A DNA stretch of 64,000 bases. It comes from Lingula anatina (taxonomy: Eukaryota > Animalia > Brachiopoda). The position numbers were made by a program, and so were the translations under genes. Each line of letters starts with the position of its first letter. Position 1 is the first letter of the stretch. Under the pieces are notes generated by a model. The model worked only from the letters and a program-made list of their open reading frames with translations, was not told the DNA's origin and ran no database searches. Location of the stretch: contig CM120646.1 in assembly GCA_051362555.1 (NCBI GenBank), positions 5,456,001-5,520,000 on the forward strand, written 5' to 3'. This document shows, piece after piece, positions 50,201 to 61,922 of the stretch.

Positions 50201-53200
50201 CTTTGTTAAATGGGATGCTTTGTAAATTTTTATTGTAAGGATCTCACTTAAATTACTATAAATGTTTTAAAAGATATTTGTTTTCGTGTTTTTTGTCTTT
50301 GTTTAAAATAAAATACACTGTGAATATAGTATCTTTAAAAAAACCCACCTTCCTGAATTTTTAAAAACTAATTTTAAAAAGTGTATTAGTGTGCCTGGTA
50401 TTATCTCACAATACGAAATGTCAGCAGCACATGCTGATACAAAAAATTAAGATATAAATTAATATTGTTAGATGTACAGTATTAATCATATTTGTGGAAT
50501 GCAGAACTTTTAAATATTGTTGAATTAAACATTTATTGCTCAGTAAACTTATATTATATTATATTATATTATATTATATTATATTATATTATATTATATT
50601 ATATTATATTATATTATATTATATTATATTATATTATATTATATTATATTATATTATATTATATTATCCACTTTCAGATCTACCGAAGAGGAAGAGTACT
50701 GGCACCTCAGCTAGTCGGCCGTCCAGTACCTTAGCTCGAGTAGACGAGGAGCCTAGCACAACCAATGGGTCAGACGACACCCACCCTCCAGAACTTATAG
50801 ACCGTGGAGTGGGCCCCACCCCTCTGCCACCTCCCCATGCCCCTGAGTACCGCATCCCATCGTACCCCTTTGGTATCCATCCTTATATGGACCCTAGGAA
50901 TGGATTGATGGCAGATCCACATTATGGTGAGCTATTCTGTTCTATTTCATTGTGACAAATTCTAGTCTGTTTATATCTAGTTAATGTTAAAGCGTAGTCC
51001 CAGTCCATGCATTTGCATGACTAATATACAATAGATTCTTGGTTAGAAAAATTTATCAGACAAGTGACTAATGCAAAAGTTTGAGGGGAGCAGTTTCTAG
51101 AATTTTTAGAAATGTCATTTGGTGGATTTTTTGGTTTCACTGCATTCATCCGTAGGTCATGACTGAATCACATACTTATCTTTTTAGCATTTCCATATCC
51201 ATATGCACATCCGTATGCTGTCAACCATCCGTTGCCGGTGACGTCACAGACCCACGATGGACGGTATCACTGGCCACCACCAATGTAAGGAATTAACTTG
51301 GATTTGTTCTTCTTTAAATGGATATTTTAAAATCCTCAGTTAGATTATTTTAGATCTTTTGCAATCTATGTTGTGCATAAGCTTTAGTGTTTGGTATTCT
51401 GGAAAAGTTGGCAATTTTACTTAGGCATACTATGTCATGAAGTGGTCAATTATAGACAATAAATGAGTGAATTTGTAGGGACTGCTTAACAAATGGTATT
51501 CAACAATTGAAATTGGCATATAGCGTTTCTTATGTTAGCATTTGAAATATAACCAAATGCTCTGGGTAAAATCATATTTACACGCACAAAAAAAAAAAAA
51601 ATTGCACATTGTTTATTAATTTTAAACCTCACACCCTGTATATCATTGACATTCCAGGTTGCCAACCAGTCCAGCTCAGTCAGACATCTCATCAATAATT
51701 AACCTAGAGAGGCGGGGTTCTGGGGAGCCATTGGCACACTTAGCGTCAAGGATACACTGGGAACAATACCAGAGGGCAGCAGCGTTCCAGAGCCCACTGT
51801 CCGCTAGGGGACTCAGTCCTGCGAGTTTGATGGGTAAGGGAACATGTAGATGGTGTGTGAAATTAACATTCCGAAATTCAGGAGTTGTAGGTCTGCGTGC
51901 TTGTCCAAACACATCTAACAGTGATTAATTTCTTTGCTTTAATGTCATTGAATATCATTTGCATCTTTATATTTTAACTGTTTATGATAAGATTTTTTGT
52001 TTTTTAACGTACAGGTGCTCCAACATATCTTCCTACAGAGCATCTACGGCCAGCGCCGAGTCAAAGAAGTTTGTTTTCTGATGTTCCCGCTACGCCGGGA
52101 AGTGGAAGTATAACTCTTCCTGGATCACTAGAAAGTAAGTCAGTGACACTGCCACGTGATTGTTTTTTTCTGTTTCTTAAAACTCTCTGTGTACTATTTT
52201 CTAAAAAGATATTGGATTTCGTTGTTGTTGTTGTTTGAAAGTAAAAATTAGCGTTTACCATCTCTCTTTTACTAATATAAAAACTGTAACTTTTTCATAT
52301 TCAATATGCTGAATCATCTTAATGTTCTCTTATCGAATATTTTTCTATTTTAATTTTTGCAATATCATTAAACTTCACTGTTTTTAACTGGACAAGTGGT
52401 TAAGGATGAACATGTTCTCCAGGTTCAAGATTAACAAGTCCAAGACCATCAGTAATAGGAGGCAAGAGCCGGAAGAGGGCGTTGTCTCACTCTCCGATAT
52501 CCGACTACTTGGATATCCAAAGTTTAACGCGGAGTTCGGAAGGTTCACTGCAGCTGACGCCATTGATGCACCACTCACGGAGCTCCAGTGCTGCCAGCGG
52601 CTCCTATGGCCACTTGTCAGCAGGTATGAAAATAGGCCACAGAATGGAAGGTAGGAATGACCAGGCTGAAGACGGGAGAGTAGGGGTAGATGTTCACACC
52701 AACTAGCTACACATTAGCTCTTTAATTCCTCAATCTAATGGCTGAATAGTTCCAATAGTTTATTGTTAGCTGGCTAGTAGCTGCTTTATTTGTCTCTTTG
52801 TGGGAAATTTGCATGGAGATTTAATGGCATTTGAGGGATTGATCATTTTGGGATTTCAATTTTTGTGATGGAAGAGTGTAGGGGTGTTAGAACTTCCTCA
52901 GTTGTGGAGATTTCAGATGTTTTAACTGTGAAATTGCATTCCTCATCTAAAGCTTCCATATATGTTTTCCAGCTTTTAGAATTTGAGCATGTTTATGCTA
53001 AGTGATTCAAAAGAGTGGTAATAACGAAATTTCTCACATCTCAAATTGCATCAAGTAAAAAAAATAAAAATAGATTAAAAAAGTGCATGTAAGGTCACAT
53101 TTATGATAGCTACTTGTTGTCTTGTCCATCACAACTACTACTACTGCATTGCTGCCAATGGATTTAACACACCTAGCACACTTAGTAAAGTATAGTAGCT

Positions 53201-56200
53201 AGATCATGTGAGAAAACAAACTAAAACCTGTTTCAAATGTAGCATGAGCAATGCAGGGGTTCATGACTTACTAAGAAAGCTAAATTATTTGGATGATTTA
53301 AAAAGCATGTTGAACATTTTATAAAATAGGCAGTGTTACATTTTAGATGATGAAAGTTTTTTGTCACTATTATGGCAGCTCTGTGCTGATACTAGTCTTT
53401 ATTTAAGCATTAAGATATGAAATATTTTCACATTCATAGTGGTCTTGATTAAATTGTTCTGTTGTAAAGACCAATGATAGGATACTTGTCAGTTTTGAAT
53501 AAAGAAATTCATTGATTTAGGATTCTTCAACATTTTCCAGAAGAAGGAAAAATATTTCATGAAATCCAGGCCAAAATGTTAGCTAGGCAACACACAAAAC
53601 GGACCAAGAGACAACTGTTATTACGTAAGCTAAAAATGAACCTTAATCACTTATTTTGTTTTCTACCTCTTTCTCTTACACAGCATCGTTTGGAACTCTG
53701 AGCCCAGCTCACGCGGCGCTGTCAAATCCATACATGCGCCATCCCAGTCTTCCTGGCTCGCCATTCTTCCCGCCAATGATGCATCCATCGCTCTATGCGC
53801 GGCAGCACTCTGGCGCAGGGGGTCCACTGCTACCGCCGGGACAACCCATGGTGCAGCCGCTTGGTGCTAGTAAACATGAATCTCAGGTAAGGAAAACAAG
53901 CACTTTTGTCTTTCTTTTCTTTTGTTTATTGATTTTTTTTTTTTTTTTTTTTTTTTTTGGTAATCGTAATGTTACATTGACATTTAACATGCAAGCCATG
54001 TGTATAGAACTCCAAACCCTCTGTTGATCATGTTGAGCTAAGTCAAGACAGAATATATTGGGACCATCTGTCTTCCCTGTGAATAACACGGGTTAACAGA
54101 GGGCCATCACTTATAAAAAATACTTAAAATGCTGTCAAACCATATCTTCAAACCAACTAATACTTGTGCCACAGATTTAAAAATATGACCACGTTTTTTT
54201 ATTCACACACACACTTATGATGTTATTATATATTCATATATAACACATTATTTATCTCTCTTCCAGCCTCCCAGTCATCCACAAGTCAGAGATCCCAGTG
54301 TTAGTGTGGTCAGCAGTACTGTGGATGCAGCCGCAGAGGCCAAAAGGTCCAAAATTAAGAAAGAATATATGCCAATAGGTAAGCTTCAGCGGCCATGGAA
54401 GTTAAATAATATAGATTACATCAGTCCTTGGTAGTTAAATAATATAGATTACATCAGTATGATTTATTTCTGTATTTTCATAAGAAACTGTGATCAGAAA
54501 AATGTTTTGTTTAAAGTGCAGATCTGAAATTGAGAGTATCATTCAGAAAGAATACAATTTTTTTTCAAAATTTGGAATTGATTTATATTGGTGAGCTTTT
54601 GGGTGTTAAACATAATGATTTATGAGAAAAAAAGTTGTTTCTAAAGAGACATGCCATGTGTTCTACCTGTGAGGCATTATGTTTTAACCCCTCCTCTAAG
54701 AGTCTGGGTCACATATCTGACAATGTGAGCAAGACACAAACACACACACACTCACACAGAAATAACAATTCACCAAAATGATTTCCATATTTTTTCATTC
54801 AGATGAAGATGAGAAGCATATGATAGACACAACAGGAGAACCAGGCCGTCAGCCTCAGGAGGGAGAGCCAGACTTCATAGAGACCAACTGTCACTGGGTG
54901 GACTGCTCTCTAGAGTTTGAAACACAAGATGAGTTAGTCAGGGTAAGTGGTGGATAAGATTGGCTAGTCAGTGTAATTAGTTGACTAAAAGAGTAATTAC
55001 TTGACTAAAAGAGTAATGTTGGGTTGGAATTAAATAAGATGAGTTAGTCAGAGTAGGTTTTGATTTTAAATTAGCCAAGTTAGTGTAAGAGTTGAATTAG
55101 ACAAGTAAGCTATATTAAAGGATAGTTGTTGGTTTAGATTGAATAAAATACCATGAAATATGGAAAGTTATATACAGATGAGGGATGAAATTTTTAATTC
55201 ACAAACCTATCAGTTTAAGTGATATGCATCTCATATAGAGAAGGTATTTGTAATGGCTATGGCATTGGTGAAAAGACATTTTCTGATAATCAACACATAC
55301 TTTTAAATTACGAATTTAAACTGATGCCGCTTTGTTTTTAGCATATCAACCAAGATCACATACAGACCAATAAAAAGGCCTTTGTGTGTCGCTGGAATGA
55401 ATGCAGCAGGGAGGAAAAGCCATTTAAAGCTCAGTACATGTTGGTGGTCCACATGAGGAGACACACAGGGGAGAAACCACATAAATGCACAGTATGTAGG
55501 ACAGATGATTGGACAGCATTATTTTGTTTGTTAATTTTTTATTCATTTATTTTGGCAAGAACATTTTAAATAGAATTAATTCCATGTGAAATTGCCCATT
55601 ATATCTGTAGAAAAATCCATGAGTTATGCAGTTATCTTATATTGATGAAAAAAGAAATATGTAATTTTGTTTTAGAAATATAAGTCTTGGAGTTGGAGTG
55701 GCCTTCTAATGAATAACTCACATAATGAATCTCTTTAACAATAAGATACAATACACAGCTTGATGTTGCATGAAAACCTTATTTTTATAAATATTCTCCA
55801 TGTGTTTCAGTTTGAAGGTTGTAACAAGGCCTATTCCCGTTTAGAGAACCTGAAGACACATCTCAGGTCTCACACAGGAGAGAAACCCTACATGTGTGAA
55901 TTCCCTGGCTGTACCAAGGCCTTCAGCAATGCCTCAGACAGAGCCAAGCACCAAAACAGGACCCATTCCAATGCTGTGAGTTATATGCATCTGTACTGTC
56001 TCTTCTCAGAGCTTCTTAGCTTGCTAGTGCTTTGGCTAAAAAGCTACCACCCAATATCAGAAACATATCCATAGGCTAGTAACTGAACAAATTTACAAAC
56101 ATTTTTTTGCCCAGCCTGTTTAATTTTACTAGTGTTTACTGTTAACTTTGCAGACTTTCAGTAGAATAAGTTTAAATCTGTATTACTTCAGACAAGGTAA

Positions 56201-59200
56201 TTTTTATAGGTAATTGTGCATGCTTCAATTTATCAAACTGCTTCTGCTGAACACAGTTGCCCGAGTTCTGAAAATTTTACCAAGTCCATGTTTCTGAAAT
56301 TACATTAATACATTTCACATCTCAGGATACATCATCCTTGCCATAGCTATGCATTATCAATCACATACAATTCATTTATTTCTACCAGTGTAAGTTACCA
56401 TATATGTGTGAATCTCTCAGGTATACAAAATAGTTTTACATTTATTCATTTATTTTGTCGATTTAAGAAACCATACGTGTGTAAAGCTCCTGGGTGTACA
56501 AAGAGATACACAGACCCGAGTTCTCTACGCAAACACGTCAAGACAGTTCATGGACCAGACTTCTATGCCAACAAGAAACACAAGGGACACGAGTCAAATA
56601 TGGACCATGACAAGGATGGAGAGGATGTAAGCACATATTTCTTTAATTTTGACATTGTTTTAGATCTCGTAATGCAGATATTTATTACTTATCACACACA
56701 GAAAAAAATAAAGAAAAAACAAAAAAACTTAAAAGGTGAAAGTTAGTCATTACTTTTAAGCCTGAATTTGTTCTTCTCTTTAAAACAAGAACATTTTAGT
56801 CTGTTTTTATCTAGGTTAATTCTTTCAATTTTAAAACAACATGTAAAAAACAATGTGAATCCATTGCCATTTGACTTACGGTCATTTTAAATGGACCCTT
56901 TTCCCTGCAGGAGGATAAAGACACCAAGGATAAGAAGGTGGAGGAGTGTCTGATGGTGACCCAGTTACAGGGTGTGGCAGGGGAGAGGAGGAGGTCACAG
57001 GTAACAAAAAGGTTTACACTCTAGTATGTTAGCCAGGGGTTGAATAGTGGGAACATCATATTTGTACTAAGTTCTTATGAGGCAGGCAGTGTTGATATAA
57101 TCATTTCATGACCTTGAAAACAAGAATATATTTTTAAAATTTTTTGGAGGAATATGGGGAAAGATTTGAAACATTGTAAATATATTTTGAGTAATGCTTA
57201 TTTAGTTTTGAGAGTCACACTGACTCGATGTTCTTTAACATTCAGGACAGTGCTGGCGCTGTCATCTCCCAGCAACAACACAGTCCGTCGTCCAGCGACA
57301 AAGACGTGGAAATCAACGTGGTTAAGACCGAGCACCCAGTTCCGAACATTGGCAATCTCCATGACGATGAGGGGATGGGTGACACCATCAGCAGCACGGT
57401 GGAGTACGAGGAAGACTTTGAACTTACAGAGGCCGAGGACATTGAGGTAGGGCAAAATGGAAAGGGGATAATAACAGTAATGAGATTTTTCCAACTGTCG
57501 GCAGATATTTTTTACTTTTTGGGAGCCAAAAAGAATAATTTTGAGATCAATGCAGAGGGCCCCCTGGACCTCCCACCATATTTTCAGATTTTTTCACTGA
57601 TTGGCAGTCTCGTCCCTGAAAAGGATTTTTTCCCAATTTGCAAAATTCAGATTTCTCAAAGCTTCATATGTATGCAGAATTATTTTTTGACTCCCCAATT
57701 CCATCACTTCCAATCATAAATCAAGCCATTTTCTCCAGCAGATATGTTCCCCTGAGCTAAATTCGCTTCTACCAGTACTTTTGGTTGGCAAGACCTTTGT
57801 GATTTGATTTTTAAGGGCTGAATAGAAAAATGTTCTTGCTTCAAATCCCAACACAGTCACTCCATACAAGTTCTTACTTATAGTATAACAGCATATTTAA
57901 GTTATGTTACCAGAGTTGACTCTCAAGGATAAAACACTCAAGCTTATCACCCTATTTCCCCCAGATTCCTGGCTCAGGCAGTGGTGTGAGCACGGCTTCC
58001 CGGGTACAGAATAACAATGCCAGGAACAGACAGAAAGGACTGAAAGCCAGACTTGGGAAGAGTACAACCACCACACCTTCACTCCCGTCTTTACCGGCTT
58101 TAAATGGTAAGTCTGGAATTTGTGCAACTGCTTGTGGCTTTACTCTCATTATATTTTTTCCATAACTATATAATTCTGTTATTAATGTGACTGTGTAATA
58201 AAATTAAAGTGAGATTAAATGATAATAAATTTGCAGTCCTATTGTGTGTTAAAATAGTCTACTTTGAAATGCTATCTGAAAACTGCAACTGGACAGGGAA
58301 AAAAGTTATTTGTCTTTGATAAAAATTAACTGATTGAATTGAAAAGTGTAATTGAAAAAAATGCATTAGTACTTTAGCAAAAATGTTACTAACAGAGATC
58401 AAAGAAGTTATTATGAAAGTTCAGAAAGTATATTAACAGAGGTCAAAAATGTTGCTCCAGGTCACAAGCGTGTTGGTTCTGGCAGTGGCCAGGGGTCAGC
58501 ACCGTCGCTGACTGACCTCAGTAACAGGATGACCCAGATCAAACAGAGCAATCCACATCACAAGAGGATAACAGATCTCACTGGTAAGACAGGAATTTCT
58601 ATCTCTTCATATGCTGTGTATATTCAAATCTGTGTATATTGTATTTGTGTGGCATGTATATTGCTTGCACATATGTATAAGAAGTGAATGGCCATATGTG
58701 GATGTGTAGAAATATATGATGGGGTGGATCAGTTGCAGATCTGTGTTTGAGTGTTTGATATGAGAACAAAAATGAACAAAAATGGAAATTTCAGAAAAAA
58801 ATTATAAGCAGTTGAATAAGAGGAAGAATGCATGACTGTTTGATTTTGAAGTGTTCATTTTAATCAGGGGTAAATTGAAAAAGCATTTTATCCAAAATAT
58901 TTATCTAAGATGGTTTTAACATTATCTCTCCAGCTATTGCCACTCCAGACCAGTCCCAGGCCAATGGGATGGGCTACCAAGCAGGACGTCGTGACAGCAA
59001 CACCAGCACCATCAGCTCCTACCTGAGCAGTGTACGCTCGGATGCAAGTCCCTTCCCATTTGGGAGCCAGTTCTCAAGTCGGAGGTCCAGCGAGGCGTCC
59101 CAGATCTCGGCCAGGCTCAGCATCACTAACTCCCCCTATGAGTATGACATCACTGGGAACAGACCCCATAATTCTCGAAGGTCCAGCGAGACAAGCAGTA

Positions 59201-61317
59201 TTGGCAACGTTGCTGCACAGTTATCGCGTGCCAAGCTGGGAAGTAATCCTAACCTGATGGTGACATCTCAGGCAGTGAACTTGAGGAGTCCCTCCAGTCG
59301 GTTGAGTAACGAGAGAATTGCGCGCCTGCTGATGTCAAGGCGTGAGAATCCAGTAGACATGTGGAGGTGCAACACCAGCACCCCCTGCAGGACGCCATTA
59401 CCTCACGAGATCCCCAACAGGGAAGTGAGGAGAGCCAGTGACCCAGTGCGCTGCGTGGACCCCAATTTTGCTGCTCTGAAGCAACTACAGAGGCGATTCC
59501 ACAGTCTCAATGCCATGCGCCCTCTCCCAGTGCCATCCTCAATGCGTAGTCTCCACAAGAAGGCAGATAGCAATGAAAACTTTAAATCTTCCCAAAGTAG
59601 CATTGCCACCAACTTCAGCAGGGATGAGTCAGCAGATTTTGGTTCCCAGTACTTTGCAGACCAGAGCTTTGCTATGGAGACAGAAGATGAGGCGGAGTTG
59701 GAAATGAAAATGATTGAGGACAACGATGATGTCATCATTCCGGATGAGATGCGGCGGTTCTTGTATGAAAGGACACAACCGCTGATCCCAGAAGAGGGCG
59801 AGATGAGCGATTTTGCCCCATCGGAGGTCACACTGGAGGACAGTTCTCGTATGCAGTCTAGGATGGATGCTATCGAAGAATCTTACAGGCAGAATGCTGA
59901 AAATGCCAGCAATATGGAGCAGATGCAGAAACAGATGCCATCTCCCCCATCACAACAGCAGCAGCAGATACAACAACCCCCACCACCTCCAGCACAGCGG
60001 CCACCACAACCACCCTCTGTTCAACCACCACCTCCACCACAAGGTGTCCCGGGTGGTTGTTTCATGCCACCCAACCAGCAGCTGGTTCACACCCAGAACT
60101 GCAGCTGTCCTCACGGCAATATACAACAACAACAGCAGCAAGCTATGCAACAGCAGCAACTTCCTATACCGTGCCAGAATCCAAACCTTATGCAGCCATA
60201 TCCCAATCCAAATATGCAACAGGGCTTTAACCAAAATGTTCCAATGCAGAATTATGGACAGCACGGTGCAGCTGGACAGATGCAATATGGCCAATCACAG
60301 CCAGTGGTACAACAGCATTCAATGAACCAACCACAGGCCATGGCACAACAGCAGTATTTAAGCCAAGGCATGAGTCAGCAGTTTAGGCCCCCAAATATGC
60401 AAGTCATGCCAGGCTCACGGATGCCCATGAATATGCCAAAGCAGGAGAGACAGAGTCCCCAGATTCAAGTTCCCTTAGTAAGTCAGTCTCAGATACCAGC
60501 AAGAGCGAAAGCTGCCAAACAACAGCAGATTGAACAGCAGATGCAGAACCAAAATAACATGCAGGGGCTTCAACAGCAGCAGCAGGGGTACAATCCCATG
60601 ATGCCACAGCCACCGCAGCACATTCAGCAGCAAGGCATGATGGGATACCAAACCCAGATGTACAATGGGCAGGGACAGCAACAATTTGTGCCCCACCCTC
60701 CGCCCAATCCCCGCCCCACCATACAACCACACCCTCCTACGGCACAACCCCACCCCATGGGGGGCATGGTACAGAGGCCAGTGAATTTCAACCAAAATGC
60801 TCCCTCTGCCATGCCTAACTATGCAAATCTCAATCAGAACAACCGTCCTCCACAGTATCTTCCACCGCAAGCGCCTCTGCAGCACCAGCAGTTGCAGCAA
60901 TTACAACAGCAATCTCAGCAGCAGCAACAGCAACCAGGGTCTGTCATAGGTATGCAGATGTCACCTGGCTGTAACCATGTATCAAGTTCAACTGATATTC
61001 ACACACCAAAGCTCAACGACGAGGCGCCCACGCCAGTCGTTGATGACCCACTTGTGGCAAATCTGAACGCCATGACAACAGACAATCTGATCGAAAACAT
61101 TAGCTCCATATCTATGGAGAACGTCAATGGAAGCATTATTAGTCCCACTGCCCTAATCAACCAGCCTTTGTCGCACCAGTCATCTAGGTATGCCACCCCG
61201 TGTATCGAGGGTAAACCTGGGCCAATGGTGGATACATCAAATATGGTGGTCAATGACATGTCGTCTGTGTTGACGCAACTAGCAGAGGAAAACAAATTTT
61301 TGAACTATAGGCAGTAG
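29730..61317 (+). CDS. GLI: Gli / cubitus interruptus zinc-finger transcription factor (Gli2/3-like, Hedgehog effector), 17 coding exons, ~1597 aa
   Basis: Exons 29730-29811, 50678-50926, 51188-51284, 51658-51833, 52015-52134, 52423-52623, 53684-53886, 54267-54378, 54803-54942, 55342-55491, 55811-55975, 56468-56626, 56911-57000, 57246-57446, 57965-58106, 58461-58583, 58934-61317. Total 4794 nt, all phases consistent. Motifs: [106 protein letters not shown]. Confidence 0.95.
35787..35995 (+). mobile_element. Old, diverged hAT-like MITE remnant (relative at 57475-57618)
   Basis: tagggatga...gtccctg ends; shares tccaact...actttttggga..caaaaa with ~57490-57535. Confidence 0.4.
36831..36839 (+). 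promoter_or_regulatory. Consensus GLI-binding site
   Basis: Exact GACCACCCA in a CpG-containing intronic block. Confidence 0.55.
38025..38033 (+). promoter_or_regulatory. Consensus GLI-binding site
   Basis: Exact GACCACCCA. Confidence 0.55.
42291..42668. mobile_element. Palindromic MITE (family D) carrying a nested family A element
   Basis: ccacattc..aagttgatcca...tggatcaacttg..gaatgtgg arms; the empty-site version is at 26050-26080. Confidence 0.82.
42396..42563 (+). mobile_element. 168-bp family A element, 5-bp TSD
   Basis: tagtt-caggtgcggat...atccgcccctg-tagtt; homologous to 21108-21278. Confidence 0.9.
42677..42892 (+). mobile_element. Family C MITE copy
   Basis: Near-identical to 24384-24599; TA-flanked. 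Confidence 0.9.
42975..43183 (-). mobile_element. Family C MITE copy, inverted and more diverged
   Basis: Reverse-complement match (ggggagtctcactagatt; gaacccccagggagttaggtcgatc). Confidence 0.85.
43902..44071 (-). mobile_element. Family B element, inverted relative to 28020-28187
   Basis: caggcccatagc...gctacaggtctg; internal ggtaaaatttgatctag is the reverse complement of ctagatcaaattttacc. Confidence 0.85.
44183..44360. repeat. 41-bp minisatellite, 4 identical units plus a partial unit
   Basis: Unit gatgttgattgtaatagaatgatggatatttaaaagatcca. Confidence 0.95.
49544..49664. repeat. ~60-bp tandem duplication
   Basis: aacagagcctta(a)tctgcctcacgaataatgatt...tttgtagagtgacaaa occurs twice. Confidence 0.9.
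50550..50667. repeat. (TATAT)n pentanucleotide microsatellite abutting a splice acceptor
   Basis: Perfect run ending 10 nt before exon 50678. Confidence 0.95.
50678..50926 (+). CDS. GLI: Gli exon (MDPRNG)
   Basis: ttcag|AT...TATG|gtgag. Confidence 0.88.
51188..51284 (+). CDS. GLI: Gli exon (HDGRYHW)
   Basis: tttag|CA...CAAT|gtaag. Confidence 0.85.
51658..51833 (+). CDS. GLI: Gli exon
   Basis: tccag|G...ATGG|gtaag; SPAQSDIS...ARGLSP. Confidence 0.85.
52015..52134 (+). CDS. GLI: Gli exon
   Basis: tacag|GT...GAAA|gtaag; open frame, phase 1-1. Confidence 0.82.
52423..52623 (+). CDS. GLI: Gli exon with SUFU-binding SYGHL motif
   Basis: tccag|GT...GCAG|gtatg; [18 protein letters not shown]...SGSYGHLSA. 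Confidence 0.93.
53684..53886 (+). CDS. GLI: Gli exon
   Basis: cacag|CA...TCAG|gtaag. Confidence 0.85.
54267..54378 (+). CDS. GLI: Gli exon
   Basis: tccag|CCT...ATAG|gtaag; [15 protein letters not shown]. Confidence 0.85.
54401..54458. repeat. 33-bp-period tandem duplication
   Basis: gttaaataatatagattacatcagt occurs twice. Confidence 0.85.
54803..54942 (+). CDS. GLI: Gli exon, start of ZF1
   Basis: ttcag|AT...CAGG|gtaag; [21 protein letters not shown]. Confidence 0.93.
55342..55491 (+). CDS. GLI: Gli exon, ZF1 end and ZF2
   Basis: tttag|CAT...CACA|gtatg; HINQDHI...[23 protein letters not shown]. Confidence 0.96.
55811..55975 (+). CDS. GLI: Gli exon, ZF3-ZF4
   Basis: ttcag|TTT...TGCT|gtgag; [14 protein letters not shown]...[14 protein letters not shown]. 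Confidence 0.96.
56468..56626 (+). CDS. GLI: Gli exon, ZF5
   Basis: ttaag|AAA...GGAT|gtaag; [29 protein letters not shown]. Confidence 0.95.
56911..57000 (+). CDS. GLI: Gli exon
   Basis: tgcag|GAG...ACAG|gtaac; KVEECLMV. Confidence 0.83.
57246..57446 (+). CDS. GLI: Gli exon (acidic)
   Basis: ttcag|GAC...TGAG|gtagg. Confidence 0.83.
57965..58106 (+). CDS. GLI: Gli exon
   Basis: cccag|ATT...AATG|gtaag. Confidence 0.83.
58461..58583 (+). CDS. GLI: Gli exon
   Basis: tccag|GT...ACTG|gtaag. Confidence 0.82.
58934..61317 (+). CDS. GLI: Gli terminal exon (PKA cluster, Q/P-rich activation region, conserved C-terminus)
   Basis: tccag|CT; 782-aa ORF with RRDS, RRSS, RRSS, RRAS and a [16 protein letters not shown] end. 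Confidence 0.95.
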
Positions 61318-61916
61318 AATGTACTCTTCAACCATTGGAAATTCTATGACCCACTGTTGTTTATAATACATACTGCCAAGTGTCAGCTTTAGGACAAGTG
61401 CTGCCATCTATTGATTGTAAAATATCGAGTACTGCCATCTACACTTTGGCAGGCTTGCAGATGCATTCTCCTTTCACCAGAAATATAGACAGTGGGAAAA
61501 AATTATGCAAGTATGGTGAAATGTGGAAGGAACAGAAAAAAACCCAAAGATCTGAGTATAATGGCATAATTTCTTCAGGTAAAATATTTTCAGTTTGATA
61601 TTGAGCAGTGTAGACTCAAGGCCATTAGAAGAAATCTTAGTGCCTAAGAAGATGATATTCTTCAGAGATTTTGAATGAACAATTTAGTTAATGGCATCAA
61701 CATTATGAATTGCCATGGACAAAGTAGTTCTTGCTAGTTTGTATTATAGGTATTTTTGCACTACAATTTTATATAAAAAATATTGTAAAGGGATCATTGT
61801 TTTTCATGGAGAGATCATTGTTTTTCTTAGGATTTACATTAACTATGCATATTATGAATGTATAAATGCAGCTTGCCAAATATGCTGCCTGCAACATAAG
61901 TACATTTTATCAAACA

Positions 61917-61922
61917 AATAAA
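61917..61922 (+). terminator. Candidate Gli polyadenylation signal
   Basis: First AATAAA noticed downstream of the stop codon; the UTR may extend further. Confidence 0.3.

Noticed and set aside
50492-50677. ORFs with (YYIIL)n
   Set aside because: Translation of the (TATAT)n repeat.
55441-55449. GLI-site variant TTGGTGGTC
   Set aside because: It lies in ZF2 coding sequence (L-V-V codons) and is explained by protein constraint.
59030-61295. Overlapping and antisense ORFs in the last Gli exon
   Set aside because: Shadow ORFs of a GC-richer, CAG/CCA-rich coding exon, with no recognisable motifs.
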